A DNA stretch of 63,919 nt, the filler included, from Octopus bimaculoides (Eukaryota), in the NCBI RefSeq assembly GCF_001194135.2. It is 6 parts of 6 records of this genome, joined end to end, with 100 filler letters (N's around TTAATTAATTAA, not from the genome) between each part and the next. Parts side by side here need not be neighbours in the genome. Positions count along the whole stretch, not along the records: positions 22,740 to 42,207 come from NC_068995.1; positions 42,308 to 59,338 come from NC_068990.1; 4 more parts are not named here. One strand, written 5' to 3'. Shown here in pieces: positions 37,025-47,770 of the stretch (the stretch's first letter is position 1; each line of letters begins with the position of its first letter). The notes beneath the pieces are model-generated. The model was given only the letters and a program-made list of their open reading frames with translations. It searched no databases and was not told where the DNA came from. Made by a program: the position numbers and the translations under genes.

Positions 37025-37073
37025 ACTAATCAACGAGACATATTTCACCTTTTATTTCTCTCAACAGGTAAGT
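37025..37073 (+). promoter_or_regulatory. Candidate recursive splice site (zero-length exon)
   Basis: ACTAAT branch-like motif 37025-37030, pyrimidine tract TATTTCACCTTTTATTTCTCTC, AACAG|GTAAGT with AG at 37066-37067 directly followed by a consensus donor. Confidence 0.45.
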
Positions 37074-38899
37074 AACAACTTACTGCGATAATTTGCAAGT
37101 TTCTTCATGGACCGTAATAATTGACAAATGACTTAATCTAAACAACGTCCTTTTCTTATAATTGATTTGTGCTCATTAGTTTATCAGTTGCTTTTAAACG
37201 TATTTTTTTTACCCCTTTTTAAAATTTTTTTCCTCGAAGTTGGTGATATTGCGTTTACTTTTCTGTAAAAAGTTGCTAAAACATCAATATTGGACTCCGA
37301 TCATCATTGACAAGTGACCTAATCAATATTTATTTTCTCTATAAATGTTTTGTATTCATTATTTGGAAAATGCTTTTTAATTTTTTTAATTCAGACTTAT
37401 ATTTTTCATCTTGTTGTTGAAGATATATTTTCCACTTTAAATGCCGATGTTATACAAGTTACTTATCAGAAATTATAGGATGTCGGTATTGACGCCTCCG
37501 ATTTTCATTGCAATTCGCTTTCATTTTCTTTATTGACACTGTATTTTCGTTTTACTTTTTGCATCCCTAAACTGCATGTTAACCCATTGTTTTGCCATGG
37601 GGCCTGTTGTTACCTTTCTGTTATCATTTATTCATTCCAGTCATTTGATTGTGGTCATGCTGGTGCACCGCCTTAAGGAATTCTAGTCGAATGAATCGAC
37701 AAAGTAATTTTTGTCAGTATACAGCTTTCGTCGGTTCGGGTCGGGAGACGCACCTATGTGATAGGTATCTTTTACTTGTTTCAGACATTTGACTGCGGCC
37801 ATGCTGCGGCCATGCCTTGAAGTGTTTTAGTCGAAACCTAGCACGTATTCTATCGGTCTCTTGGTGGGGGTAAAGTGCAAGCATTTTTTTTTTTTTTTCA
37901 AAACTTTCTAACGTTTTCGATATAGGAGATTACAAGCGATTTTGCTTAAATAAAAACACATTTTCAAAATTTTTAATTNNNNNNNNNNCCCTCTCACCGC
38001 CCCAATTTTTAAATTTTTCACTTTTTTAAAAATATCTTTTCTATTTAATCCTCGTAGAAAACTACGGTGATTACGAATATGGTAAAAAGAATTTTTTTAT
38101 TTCAAATTTTTTTTAGGAAACACACACACACATCCGGGATGTGCTAGGTGTGCGGTTCACACCGATCGAAAATGGCAAATTCGTTATAAAAATATTAATC
38201 TTACTTATTAGTTTAATCACAAATCGCAGTGGAAAACTTTTGCAATACCTCTGCTTGAAATTTGGTGGAATTGGGTGTAGCAGCTCCCCTAATACAGCAA
38301 GCACCACACACACAGAGAGAGGTTCGTTGCAGTTCAACATGATATAAATTACACTATTTAACAAAATTTTCGGTATGAATTATTTACTGTTTCTGTATAA
38401 ACATAACACGAAGATATTTGTGGCATGGCATCAAGATTCGAATAGATACGGAAAGTTGAGATTTAGAGAAAAAGAAGAAAAAAAAGGCGTTAAGCTGAGA
38501 AAAAGATATTTTCCGGTTGTTTAGCTGTTATTTCTAGCATATCGAATCTCCTGGTGAGGGCTTCATATTTTTTCGTCTGCTGTTTTAGGAGAAATCTACG
38601 CATGCGTAAAACGTACGGAGTTTTATGCTTTTGGAAAGCGAAAAGTGGGTCACTCGCTCACATATATATTTATGTTATTGTCAGTAATTTGGGTTACATA
38701 CTTATTAGTTTGAATCATCCTGGCGAAAAACTCCTCGTATTTTCCATATATACATAGACACCTACACTAAAGAAAACACCCAGAAGGTTTGGGTTGCTAA
38801 AATGCAAGACACCCCTCTAAGGGGTTGCGCAGTTGAACTGAATCCGTAACCATGTGATTGGGAAGCAAGCTTTCTACCACACACCTACGCCTCGCTAGA

Positions 38900-39265
38900 G
38901 TGGAGGCGCAATGGCCCAATGGTTAGGGCAGCGGATTCGATTCCCAGACCGGGCGTTGTGAGTGTTTATTGAGCGAAAACACCTAAAGATCCACGAGGCT
39001 CCGGCAATGGATGATGGCGAACCCTGCTCTATTCTTTCACCACAACTTTCTCTCATTCTTTCTTCTTGTTTCTGTTGTGCCTGTAATTCAAAGGGGCCAG
39101 CCTTGTCACACTGTGTCACGCTGAATATCCCCGAGAACTACGTTGAGGGTACGCGTGTCTGTGGAGTGCTCAGCCACTTGCACGTTAATTTCACGAGCAG
39201 GCTGTTCCGTTGATCGGATCAACTGGAACCCTCGTCGTCGTAAGCGACGGAGTACCAACAACAAC
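38900..39265 (+). mobile_element. SINE family C (tRNA head with short deletion), near full length
   Basis: GGAGGCGCAATGGCCCAATGGTTAGGG A-box region, TTCGATTCC B-box, body ending GTCGTCGTAAGCGACGGAGTACCAACAACAAC; homologous to 49350-49660 (-) and 55845-56165. Confidence 0.85.
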
Positions 39266-40024
39266 GTCTCGTAAGATATCTACTTCGACTATAATAAACC
39301 GTTTTGTTTTATTCAACGGTTTTTCCCAAAATTGATCCATTTTCTTTTTTTTAAATAGATTTTTCAACCTTTTATCCTTTTTTTTTTCTCACATGTTTAA
39401 CTTCTTTGCTCTAAGAAGTTGTTAAAATGTATATATTGAACTGCGGTAACTGTTGTCGGGTGACCAAATCAATGTTTTGTGCCTAGAATTTCTCAGTTGC
39501 GTTGCATCTATGTATATTCTCATCAATAAGACTCATTGATCGGTTGTTCGGATTCGTGTTATCGTAATTCCATGACAACACTGATCAAGTAACGCTAATG
39601 ATCAAGCCTACTTCATTCGTGCGCCTTTTCGTATATATAGGTTAACATTGTCCAGTGTATATTTCTTTATTTAAGACGGTAGGGTGAGATTTCAAAAGAA
39701 TTGGCTGCTATTTCGCGCAAATTGAGCAACCTCTAAGGAGCTGCGTCGTTTTCACTGAAAAACTTCTCTCTCTCTTTCACTCTCTCCCTCTCACACGCAC
39801 ACTCTCAAACAGACGTTCCGAATTCACGCACTCTGTGTGTGTGTGTGTGTGTGAAAGAGAGAGAGAGAGAGAGAGAGTTTTGTATTATATAAAGCTTCTA
39901 AAATAGCAGAGGTAATAAAAATTGCGTAAAGATAGAACTTAAATAAAAGCGAGGCGATCTTCCGATTTAAGTCGCGTACCTGTCAAACATAATACCAGCT
40001 GTATTATGTATTCGTTGTAAGAGG

Positions 40025-40405
40025 ACTGTGTGGTAAGAAGCTTGCTTCCCAACCACATAGTTTCGGGTTCAGTCCCACTGCATGGCACCTTGGGCAAGTG
40101 TCTTCTACTATAGCCTTGGACCGACCAAAGCCCTGTGAGTGGATTTGGTAGATGGAAACTAAAAGAAGCCTGTCGGGTGTGCGTGTTAGTGTTTGTCCTC
40201 CCCACCACCACCACCACCACTTGACAACCAGTGCTGGTGTTTTCATCGCTGTAACTTAGCGGTTTGGCAAAAGAGACTAATGAATAAGTACCAGACGTAA
40301 AGGAAAAAGAAAATAGTTCTACGATCAATTCATACAAGTAAAAAAATTCTTCAAGACGATGTCCCAGCATGGCTACAATCTTAACTAAAACAAAGAAAAG
40401 TATAA
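40025..40405 (+). mobile_element. SINE family B, full length
   Basis: Same head, body and tail blocks as 1839-2250. Confidence 0.8.
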
Positions 40406-40447
40406 ACGTTAAATGGACTTTCTTTCGGTATACCCCTCAGAACTGTC

Positions 40448-40900
40448 AATAGACCAGATAAAGTTGTCAGAGATCATGAAGGAAAAAAAATGCTTTCTAA
40501 TTGATGTATCAATACCAGCAGATGACGTTTCCCTAAAAGAAATGGAGAAACTTTCAAAATACAAAGACCTGGAAATAGAGGTAACTCGAATGTGGAATCT
40601 AAAAACAGAAACAATTCCTATCATAGTAGGTGCCTTAGGTATAATAAAAAAATATTCAGACAAATACATAACAAAAACACCAGGACTTACAAATATATAT
40701 AACATACAGAAAATTGCACTACTGGGCACTGCACACATCCTACGCAAAACACTTTCAATACAGTAACCATAAGAGCATCACAGCAAACCACAGCACATAC
40801 CCAAGGCACACAGAGCTGTGCTCGGTAGTGAAGTAAAAGCACGTTATAAAAATAAAACTACTGAATAATAATAATAATAATAGTAATAATAATAATAATA
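40448..40900 (+). mobile_element. R4/Dong-clade LINE 3' end with RLE domain and (AAT)n tail
   Basis: NRPDKVVRDHE (frameshift) KKCFLIDVSIP..KEMEKLSKYKDL..IPIIVGALG..LRKTLSIQ* = PD-(D/E)xK nuclease; 3' UTR matches 21719-21790. Confidence 0.9.
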
Positions 40901-41112
40901 TTTTTTTTATTGCCCACAAGGGGCTAAACATAGACGGGACAAACAAGGACAGACAAAGGGATTAAGTCGATTACATCGACCCCAGTGCGTAACTGGTACT
41001 TAATTTATCGACCCCCGAAAGGATGAAAGGCAAAGTCGACCTCGGCGGAATTTGAACTCAGAACGTAAAGACAAACGAAATACTGCTAAGCATTTCGCCC
41101 GGCGTGCTAGCA
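40901..41112 (-). mobile_element. SINE family A abutting the LINE (AAT)n tail
   Basis: Reverse complement of the 19238-19475 type sequence. Confidence 0.85.
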
Positions 41113-41843
41113 AACATAATGAGCCAATTCAATATAGACTATGGGGTTTACTGACCTGCTACAAGTAACAAGCACCTCTCTCAAGTCATGACCTGCAACC
41201 TTTAAAACATAGGAAGAACACATAGGATGATATAGTCTAAGATAAACAGTGTCATGAGAGATGGACTGATTGTGACTAGAATTTATTTTTATTATAGTTT
41301 TGTCTGTTTAGGTTTGACATAAGTTTCAGCAACCATAACATAACAACAAGAAACAGTAACTAATTCTCCCTCATATCACACTCAGCCATGTCTGAACGAA
41401 GAGGATCACACTAAATTATGTAGACCTAGATAAACTGCGCATGTACAGAGATGGGATTGTCATGGGCAATATACTTTTCACTATTATTGTGGTGGAGCAA
41501 GGTCAAGCTGGAGCAAAATATGATCACCTCTGACAACATTGTCATCATTTGTGTACCATCTTTACTTTATTCACCTGCACAACCAGCGGCAACAATAATG
41601 TTAGTAGTAGTAATAGTAGTGGTGGTGGTGGCAGCAGCAGGAGCACTATATTCCCCTCATCCCCATGCCTCCAAGAACGTTATCAGCATCACTACAGTCA
41701 ACAGACCTGGTTCTTAGAAGTCATGTTTACTTAGAATTAACATTTCTCACCAAAAAATAAAATAACATTTGAAATGCATCATATATATCATTTCTAAATA
41801 AGACGTTTCTCCTTCTATTTTATCTAGCACTTTCATTGCAAAC

Positions 41844-42207
41844 ATGAATAAGCTAATGGTATTTGGAATCATCTGTGAAAAGAAAACAAAAGTTTCTCTT
41901 CTCTATGCCACACACACGATTTCCATTAATGGATTTACGTCACATGTCAACATCGAAGCTGAATATATAAATGAAAACCAACACAAGACAGAAGCTAAGT
42001 TTGTTTTCCCTGTGGAAGAAGACAGTGCCGTATATAAATTTGAAGCTAAAATTGGTGATGTCCATTTAGTAGCCAAATCTAAAGACAAAGATGTTGCCAA
42101 AAAGGAGTACAAGGAAGCTGTAGATAAGGGACAGTCTGCCATTTTGTTGCGAGAGACCAGCACGTCTGGCGATATTTTTGAGTATAGCTTAGGTAATATT
42201 CCAGCTA
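41844..42207 (+). CDS. VWA5A: VWA5A-like protein copy C, N-terminal VIT domain only (cut by scaffold end)
   Basis: Protein identical to copy A from residue 4 to 121; only 4 silent differences; own acceptor TTTCTCCTTCTATTTTATCTAG| at 41827. Confidence 0.8.
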
Positions 42208-42307
42208 NNNNNNNNNNNNNNNNNNNNNNNNNNNNNNNNNNNNNNNNNNNNTTAATTAATTAANNNNNNNNNNNNNNNNNNNNNNNNNNNNNNNNNNNNN
42301 NNNNNNN
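42208..42307. other. Artificial scaffold join: 44N + TTAATTAATTAA + 44N
   Basis: 12-mer at 42252-42263; supplies the false LIN* end of ORF 41844..42263. Confidence 0.95.
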
Positions 42308-42924
42308 CACACCTGCGTGTACATGCACAATAGAACAGAAGGAGTGAGGATGCGTGCTCAATACTGCCTTTGGTAGATAAATATTATCTATTTCAAGACA
42401 GTGAGGTGGCAGAATCGTCCCAAGCGGCATTTCGTTCTGGTGAGAGTCTTAATTTTAAATTTCACCCACTTCGACTCCGCCTTATATTCTTTCAGGCTCG
42501 ATAAAATATCTACCGGGCGATCAGTAGGTGGGGGGGGGTCGATACAATCAATTTCCCCACTCCCTCTCAAAACAGTTGGTCTTGTACCAAAATGTGCAGC
42601 CATCATTATTTATTTGTAGATTAACAAAGCAACTATTTGTTTTATAGAATAGTTTCATCCGAAATTATTGAAGAAATCCGTTTATAACTACAGATATATG
42701 TATAACATATGCCTAACAAGTATTGATAGCAACATGCGATTCAATAAATTGTACTTTTTTATCTTTAGCTTGTATCTGTCATTAGACTGCACCGTTGCTG
42801 AAACACCGCCTTGAAGGTTCGGTCGAGCAACTTGAACAGGTCCTTTTTTTTAATATTTAAAGTTACGGGACCGTAAACAAACCAGAATTAGTTGCCAAGT
42901 GGTGGTGAACATGATAGATCACTA

Positions 42925-43115
42925 ACCACTACACACATTTTTTCTCTCCTTGTTTCGGTTTCTCTCCGTGTTTCTTTCTGTGTTCCTTTCTGTGGAAGAG
43001 CGTAGGCTCGAAACGTCAAAGACTTTTTCAATTCACGAGCGTTATACTAATACATCTGTTTATTTTCTAAACCACCTGTCTTAGTGTGTTGCTTTTTTGT
43101 GAATTCTCCCTATAG
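42925..43115 (+). mobile_element. Probable Penelope-like 3' end, same family as 12490-12800, opposite orientation
   Basis: GAAGAGCGTAGGCTCGAAACGTCAAAGACTTT..CTAATACATC..CCACCTGTC. Confidence 0.45.
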
Positions 43116-44069
43116 ATATATACATATATGTATGTATATATATGGGTGGGGTCAGTTTCCGTCAACCGAATCCAGACATAAAACTTTGATCGTCCCAACG
43201 CTACAAAGAAGACAGTTGTCCAAATTTCCTCGCAAAACCATGCTTTGAGGAGCAAAAGTTTTACCACACACCCACGCTTGCGCTTAAGTATATGGCTATA
43301 TAAGTATTTCTAAGGATTTATAATTTCATGGGCTGGTTACGTTCGAAATCTCATAAGTTATAAGATGTACATGCTCAAACATCAACTAAACGCATGCTTG
43401 ATACATATATTTAATATGGGTGTGCATTAACTTGTCGCATAATACAATTAAGGAATAAATCTGTCCGTGTTAAACATAATTTATTGCAAAAGTCCTGGGT
43501 CAACGGAAGACTGATTATAAATCAAGAAATCCTTATGAGTTTTCTCTCACGGTCTGTGTATTTATGTCGAAATCCCGAACGAACGCATGTAGCCTCGTCT
43601 ATACTCATCAAAAATGAGGGTGATTACGCAGTGTAAGTGTAGTGCTTCAAGAATTATGGGCGTTCTCTCCACGTGAAACCATTTTTACCTTTGTCAATAC
43701 CAAAATAATGTATAGATACATCCATACACAAACACACACTCGCATTTATATATATAGATTGATATATACATACATACTTACAAACATAGACAGTATTCTA
43801 TATATCAAAGTACACACATATGTATATATAAACGCATAAACATATGTACATAGGTGTATGTTTATATTTATGTCAATAAAGATAAACATATACACTAATA
43901 TATGTGTGTGTATTGTATATATGCGCGTGTTCACGCCGCAATGTGTACTAATACTTCTTCCTCCTCTTACTATTACCCCGTTTCCATTACGTAACGTGTA
44001 ATAATAGATGAGGATGAGTAAGTTAATTTTAAACGTTGATATTGATTGTCCTTTCCAATATATCCTTTT

Positions 44070-44330
44070 CGTGGAGGTGCGTGGCTTAGTGGTTAGAGTG
44101 TCAGAATCATGATCGTAAGATTGTGGTTTCGATTCCTGGACCGGGTGACGGGTTGCGTTCTTGAGCAAAACACTTCATTTCAAGTTGCTCCAGTCCACTC
44201 AGCTGGCAAATATGAGTAACGCTGCAATGGACTGGTGTCCCGTCCAGCTGGGGAACACGTACGCCATTGAAACCGGGAAACCGGCCCCATGAGCCTGGCT
44301 AGGCTTTGAAAGGGCGCATTTATTATTTAA
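44070..44330 (+). mobile_element. tRNA-derived SINE family D
   Basis: GGAGGTGCGTGGCTTAGTGGTTAGAG head, TTCGATTCC B-box, core GCAATGGACTGGTGTCCCGTCCAG, tail related to 14755-14815. Confidence 0.75.
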
Positions 44331-45189
44331 TTTTTTAATATATCCTATTTAGCGTTTAACGATCCATATGAGTTTAAACTTTCTGCTTTCAGATTTCTTG
44401 AACAAATATTGAGAAATAGATCGCATCACATTACAAAAGAGTTGAAAACACCAATGTTAGACTTTAATAAATTTGTCAGCTCGTTATGGAGAATTAACCA
44501 CAAATTTATCCAATAATAGTACATTTGTATGACACAGTGCAAATCTCTCAAAATATTGAATAGTTACCGTATAAAATTTAACTCACCAACACGCTAAGCT
44601 TATTGTACATTTTTGACAGGTTGCAGTGACACTGGATGTGTCCCGAAAGCATATTAAATACAAGTCAAAACATTAATAAAACGTTTGATTAAATCTAAAG
44701 TAATCGCTGTTGATATTATGGAATAATGGAGACAAAACTAAACCGTGGTCAAATACTACAAGACTGAAGCGATACGAATTTCAGGCAATGTAAAAATAAC
44801 AACACTTTTTAGCCTTGAGGCAGATAGGCTAAAATTTAGCTGTACACGTTGGATTTCTAAGCAAACAATATCTAAACAAAAAGAAAAAAAAACTATGCAA
44901 ATTTAATCATAAAACAATGGTGAACGTCAGCGGCAGACTCTGCTAAAGGCAAAGAGACACCGTCAACCAACTCATTTCTGCTATCCTTCTACTTCTTTCT
45001 AAAGACAAAATATAGGTTGACATGTAGCTACACACCATGGGCAAAACTCAAGCACATCTGCGTCAAGCATTAAAAACACAGTAAAAGTACGGTATATAAG
45101 TAAGTAAGGAACTATTTCGGATATGTAACCAGAATAAAGTGTAAATCCTTATGTTGAAACTCACATGTGAACAAAGTGAAGTCTTTACA

Positions 45190-45880
45190 TAGACTGATCA
45201 ATAAGTATCCGGACTGCTGCCATAGTGACGAGGCTAAAGCACGAAGAGTACAGTCGTTTGGTATAGGTCGACCTCAAACTCCGCTATCCATGCGCATTAA
45301 GTTTTAATGTTCTAGCTCACTTACTATGTTAACAGCAGTGCCTGGAAGGAACGTGTGTAGCGTGTGGTCGTCGCATTGACCATGACAGAAAAAGTTGAGC
45401 AGAGAATCGGCATCAAATTTTGCCATACCTCCTCAGAGGTATTGGTGATGCCTGCTCAAAGGCCTACGCAAAATTTTCAAGCAGGTTTCATCGTTCGCGA
45501 CACAATCAAGGATACCTTGTACAACTTAAATTCCAGCGTCTTTTGGTCACCTGAAAGCAGTTTTGGCACAGATTAGCAGATACGTATCTCACACCCAAAT
45601 CTTCAGTGATAATGGATTGAACTGAATTTTAACTAATCTGCAATCATCTGATAACTCACGGATGGTGATTCGATGATTTCCCTCACAGCTGCACGCAAAT
45701 CTGCGATGTTTTTCTCAGTGCTACTGGTTGCGGGTCTCCGAGAACACTCGTCACTACCGACATTTTTCCGGACCTCTTGGAAACGTCTGAACCAGTCGTA
45801 CACTTGTGTGCAGCTCATACACTCCTCTCTCTACACTTTCCGTAAATTTGCAAAGGCCTCTGAGCAGATATCGCCATGAC
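45190..45880. mobile_element. mariner transposon 5' portion with internal inversion
   Basis: + strand 5' end and MTEKVEQRIGIKFC (45382 onward); - strand GDICSEAFANLRKVYREECMSCTQVYDWFRRF..SRRPATS (HTH) through GILDCVANDETCL. Confidence 0.8.
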
Positions 45881-47004
45881 AACTTTTCCTATCGTGGTTA
45901 ATGCGACAAACATATGCCACGCACATTCTTTCTTCCAAACAAATAGCGAAAGTGAGCTAGAAAGGATGAAAAACAAAATCGACGTCGGCGGAATTTGAAC
46001 TCAGAACGTAAAAGACAGGCGAAATACTTCTAAGAATTTCGCACGGTTTGCTAACGTTTCTGCCAGCTCGTACTTTTTAAAAAAATATATTAAGTTAGAA
46101 CAATTTTGTTAATACTGTGACATAATATATCTTATTTCTCTCGGAAGGTAATGACAATAACAATAATTAAAAACTGTTTCATTGAATTTCAGCCATGTTG
46201 ATTTTTTGTTCAATTTCGTATCCTATTTTTAATTTTGTAAATGACATTTTACCAAAAGCAATTTTCATACGTAATAACCGCATTTATCTGTAAGGCTTTT
46301 TCGATTGTGAACAGACTCCTATGAGCGCAGGCGTAGCTGTGTGGTATGATGCTTCCTTCCCAACCATATGATTCCAGGTTCAACCCCACTGCATGGCATC
46401 TTAGGCAAGTGTCTGCTACTATAGTCTCGGACCGACCAAAGCCACTTACAAGCGTTTGGTAGAGAGTGACAAGACTTTCGGTCCAGCCTATACATGACCA
46501 GCTATGAACACAGCCTTACTTAACCCTTATGTTTGGTGGGTTTGGCGGTCAACTTGAACATATAGGCATTGTTTGCGAAGATATGGGTCTGGTAAAATGT
46601 TCAGAACGGGTTCTGAAACTGATAGATATTAAGTAACAATATAGAGAAATAGATGGTAACATGGAATGTATTTAAATCAGACTTGTACGAAATCGATAGT
46701 AGTTTGATGTTTCTGAAATCTTCATATCTAAGTTACCCATAGATCTGAAGATTTCATAGTAGATTTCATATTACCTATAGTAACAAAACTATAACTCCGA
46801 AGTTACTTATCATCTGGACAACTAGCAGTCTAGTATTATTATATAGGGTGTTCGGACTAAATATGAGGATTTTTATGTCTCCTTTTTTTTAAGGAAGAGC
46901 TTCATGTATTGCTGAACAGTCAACGATGATCAAAAGCATAAAGATAGAAACTGTAGCTGCGAAAAAGTTTTCTGATACGGAAGACTGGGAGCCATTTGAA
47001 TATT

Positions 47005-47223
47005 CTTATCTTTTCTACTCTAGGCACAAGGCCCGAATTTTTTGGGGAGGGCCCCAGTCGATTAGATCGACCACAGCAAGCAACTGGTACTTAATCTATC
47101 CGTCCCGAAAGGATGAGAGGCAAAGTCGACCTCGATGGAATTTGAACTCAGAACGTAAAGACAGACGAAATACTACTAAGCATTTCGCCCGGGGTGCTAA
47201 CGCTTCTGCCAGCTCGCCGCCTT
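47005..47223 (-). mobile_element. SINE family A, full length with 19-bp target-site duplication
   Basis: TGG(G/A)AGCCATTTGAATATT at 46986-47004 and 47224-47242. Confidence 0.92.
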
Positions 47224-47394
47224 TGGAAGCCATTTGAATATTGAAAAAGATTTACCTGTATTATGATTATTTGCACCAATATCAAAATGTCGACATCATT
47301 ATTGCAGCAACGGACACAGCAAAGCTGTGGCCAGTAGAATGGAACGCAGCAGGAGTTCTGACTGCGCTTGTATACCAGAATTCCGCCCCATGCC

Positions 47395-47770
47395 TTCACA
47401 CAGGGCCTTAGGCTCATTTCAGACTGTTATGTGAAGGTTCTGAAGACTGATTAGGGTGGCTGCTGGAAGGCCTCACGCATGATAATAGGATTTGATTCCT
47501 TGCCATATCCTAGAAAGAATCAGATGTGGTTGTCGGAGAATTACTAAGACATCACCAGCCCCTATTTCTGGTCCTCTAATTCCTGCGATTGTAATTACAT
47601 GGATTACAATGTGTGAGGCGAGGTTGACAAAGACGCTCATCACTCAACGCTAAACTGGTGGCCTAGATCAAATTGTTCGAATATCTCTCCAATGAGGAAG
47701 CGTGCGCCAGATTCAGGAGCCTTCTTGACGTCGTGGTGGAAGCTAAAGGCGGCTACTTTGGGCAAACTAT
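47395..47770 (+). mobile_element. Tc1/mariner-superfamily transposase C-terminal remnant
   Basis: Frameshifted WLSEN..FWSSNSCDCNYMDYNV*G..ACARFRSLLDVVVEAKGGYF matches WPPNSPDxNPxDY..ACxRFRxRLEAVVEAxGGYFE. Confidence 0.7.
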
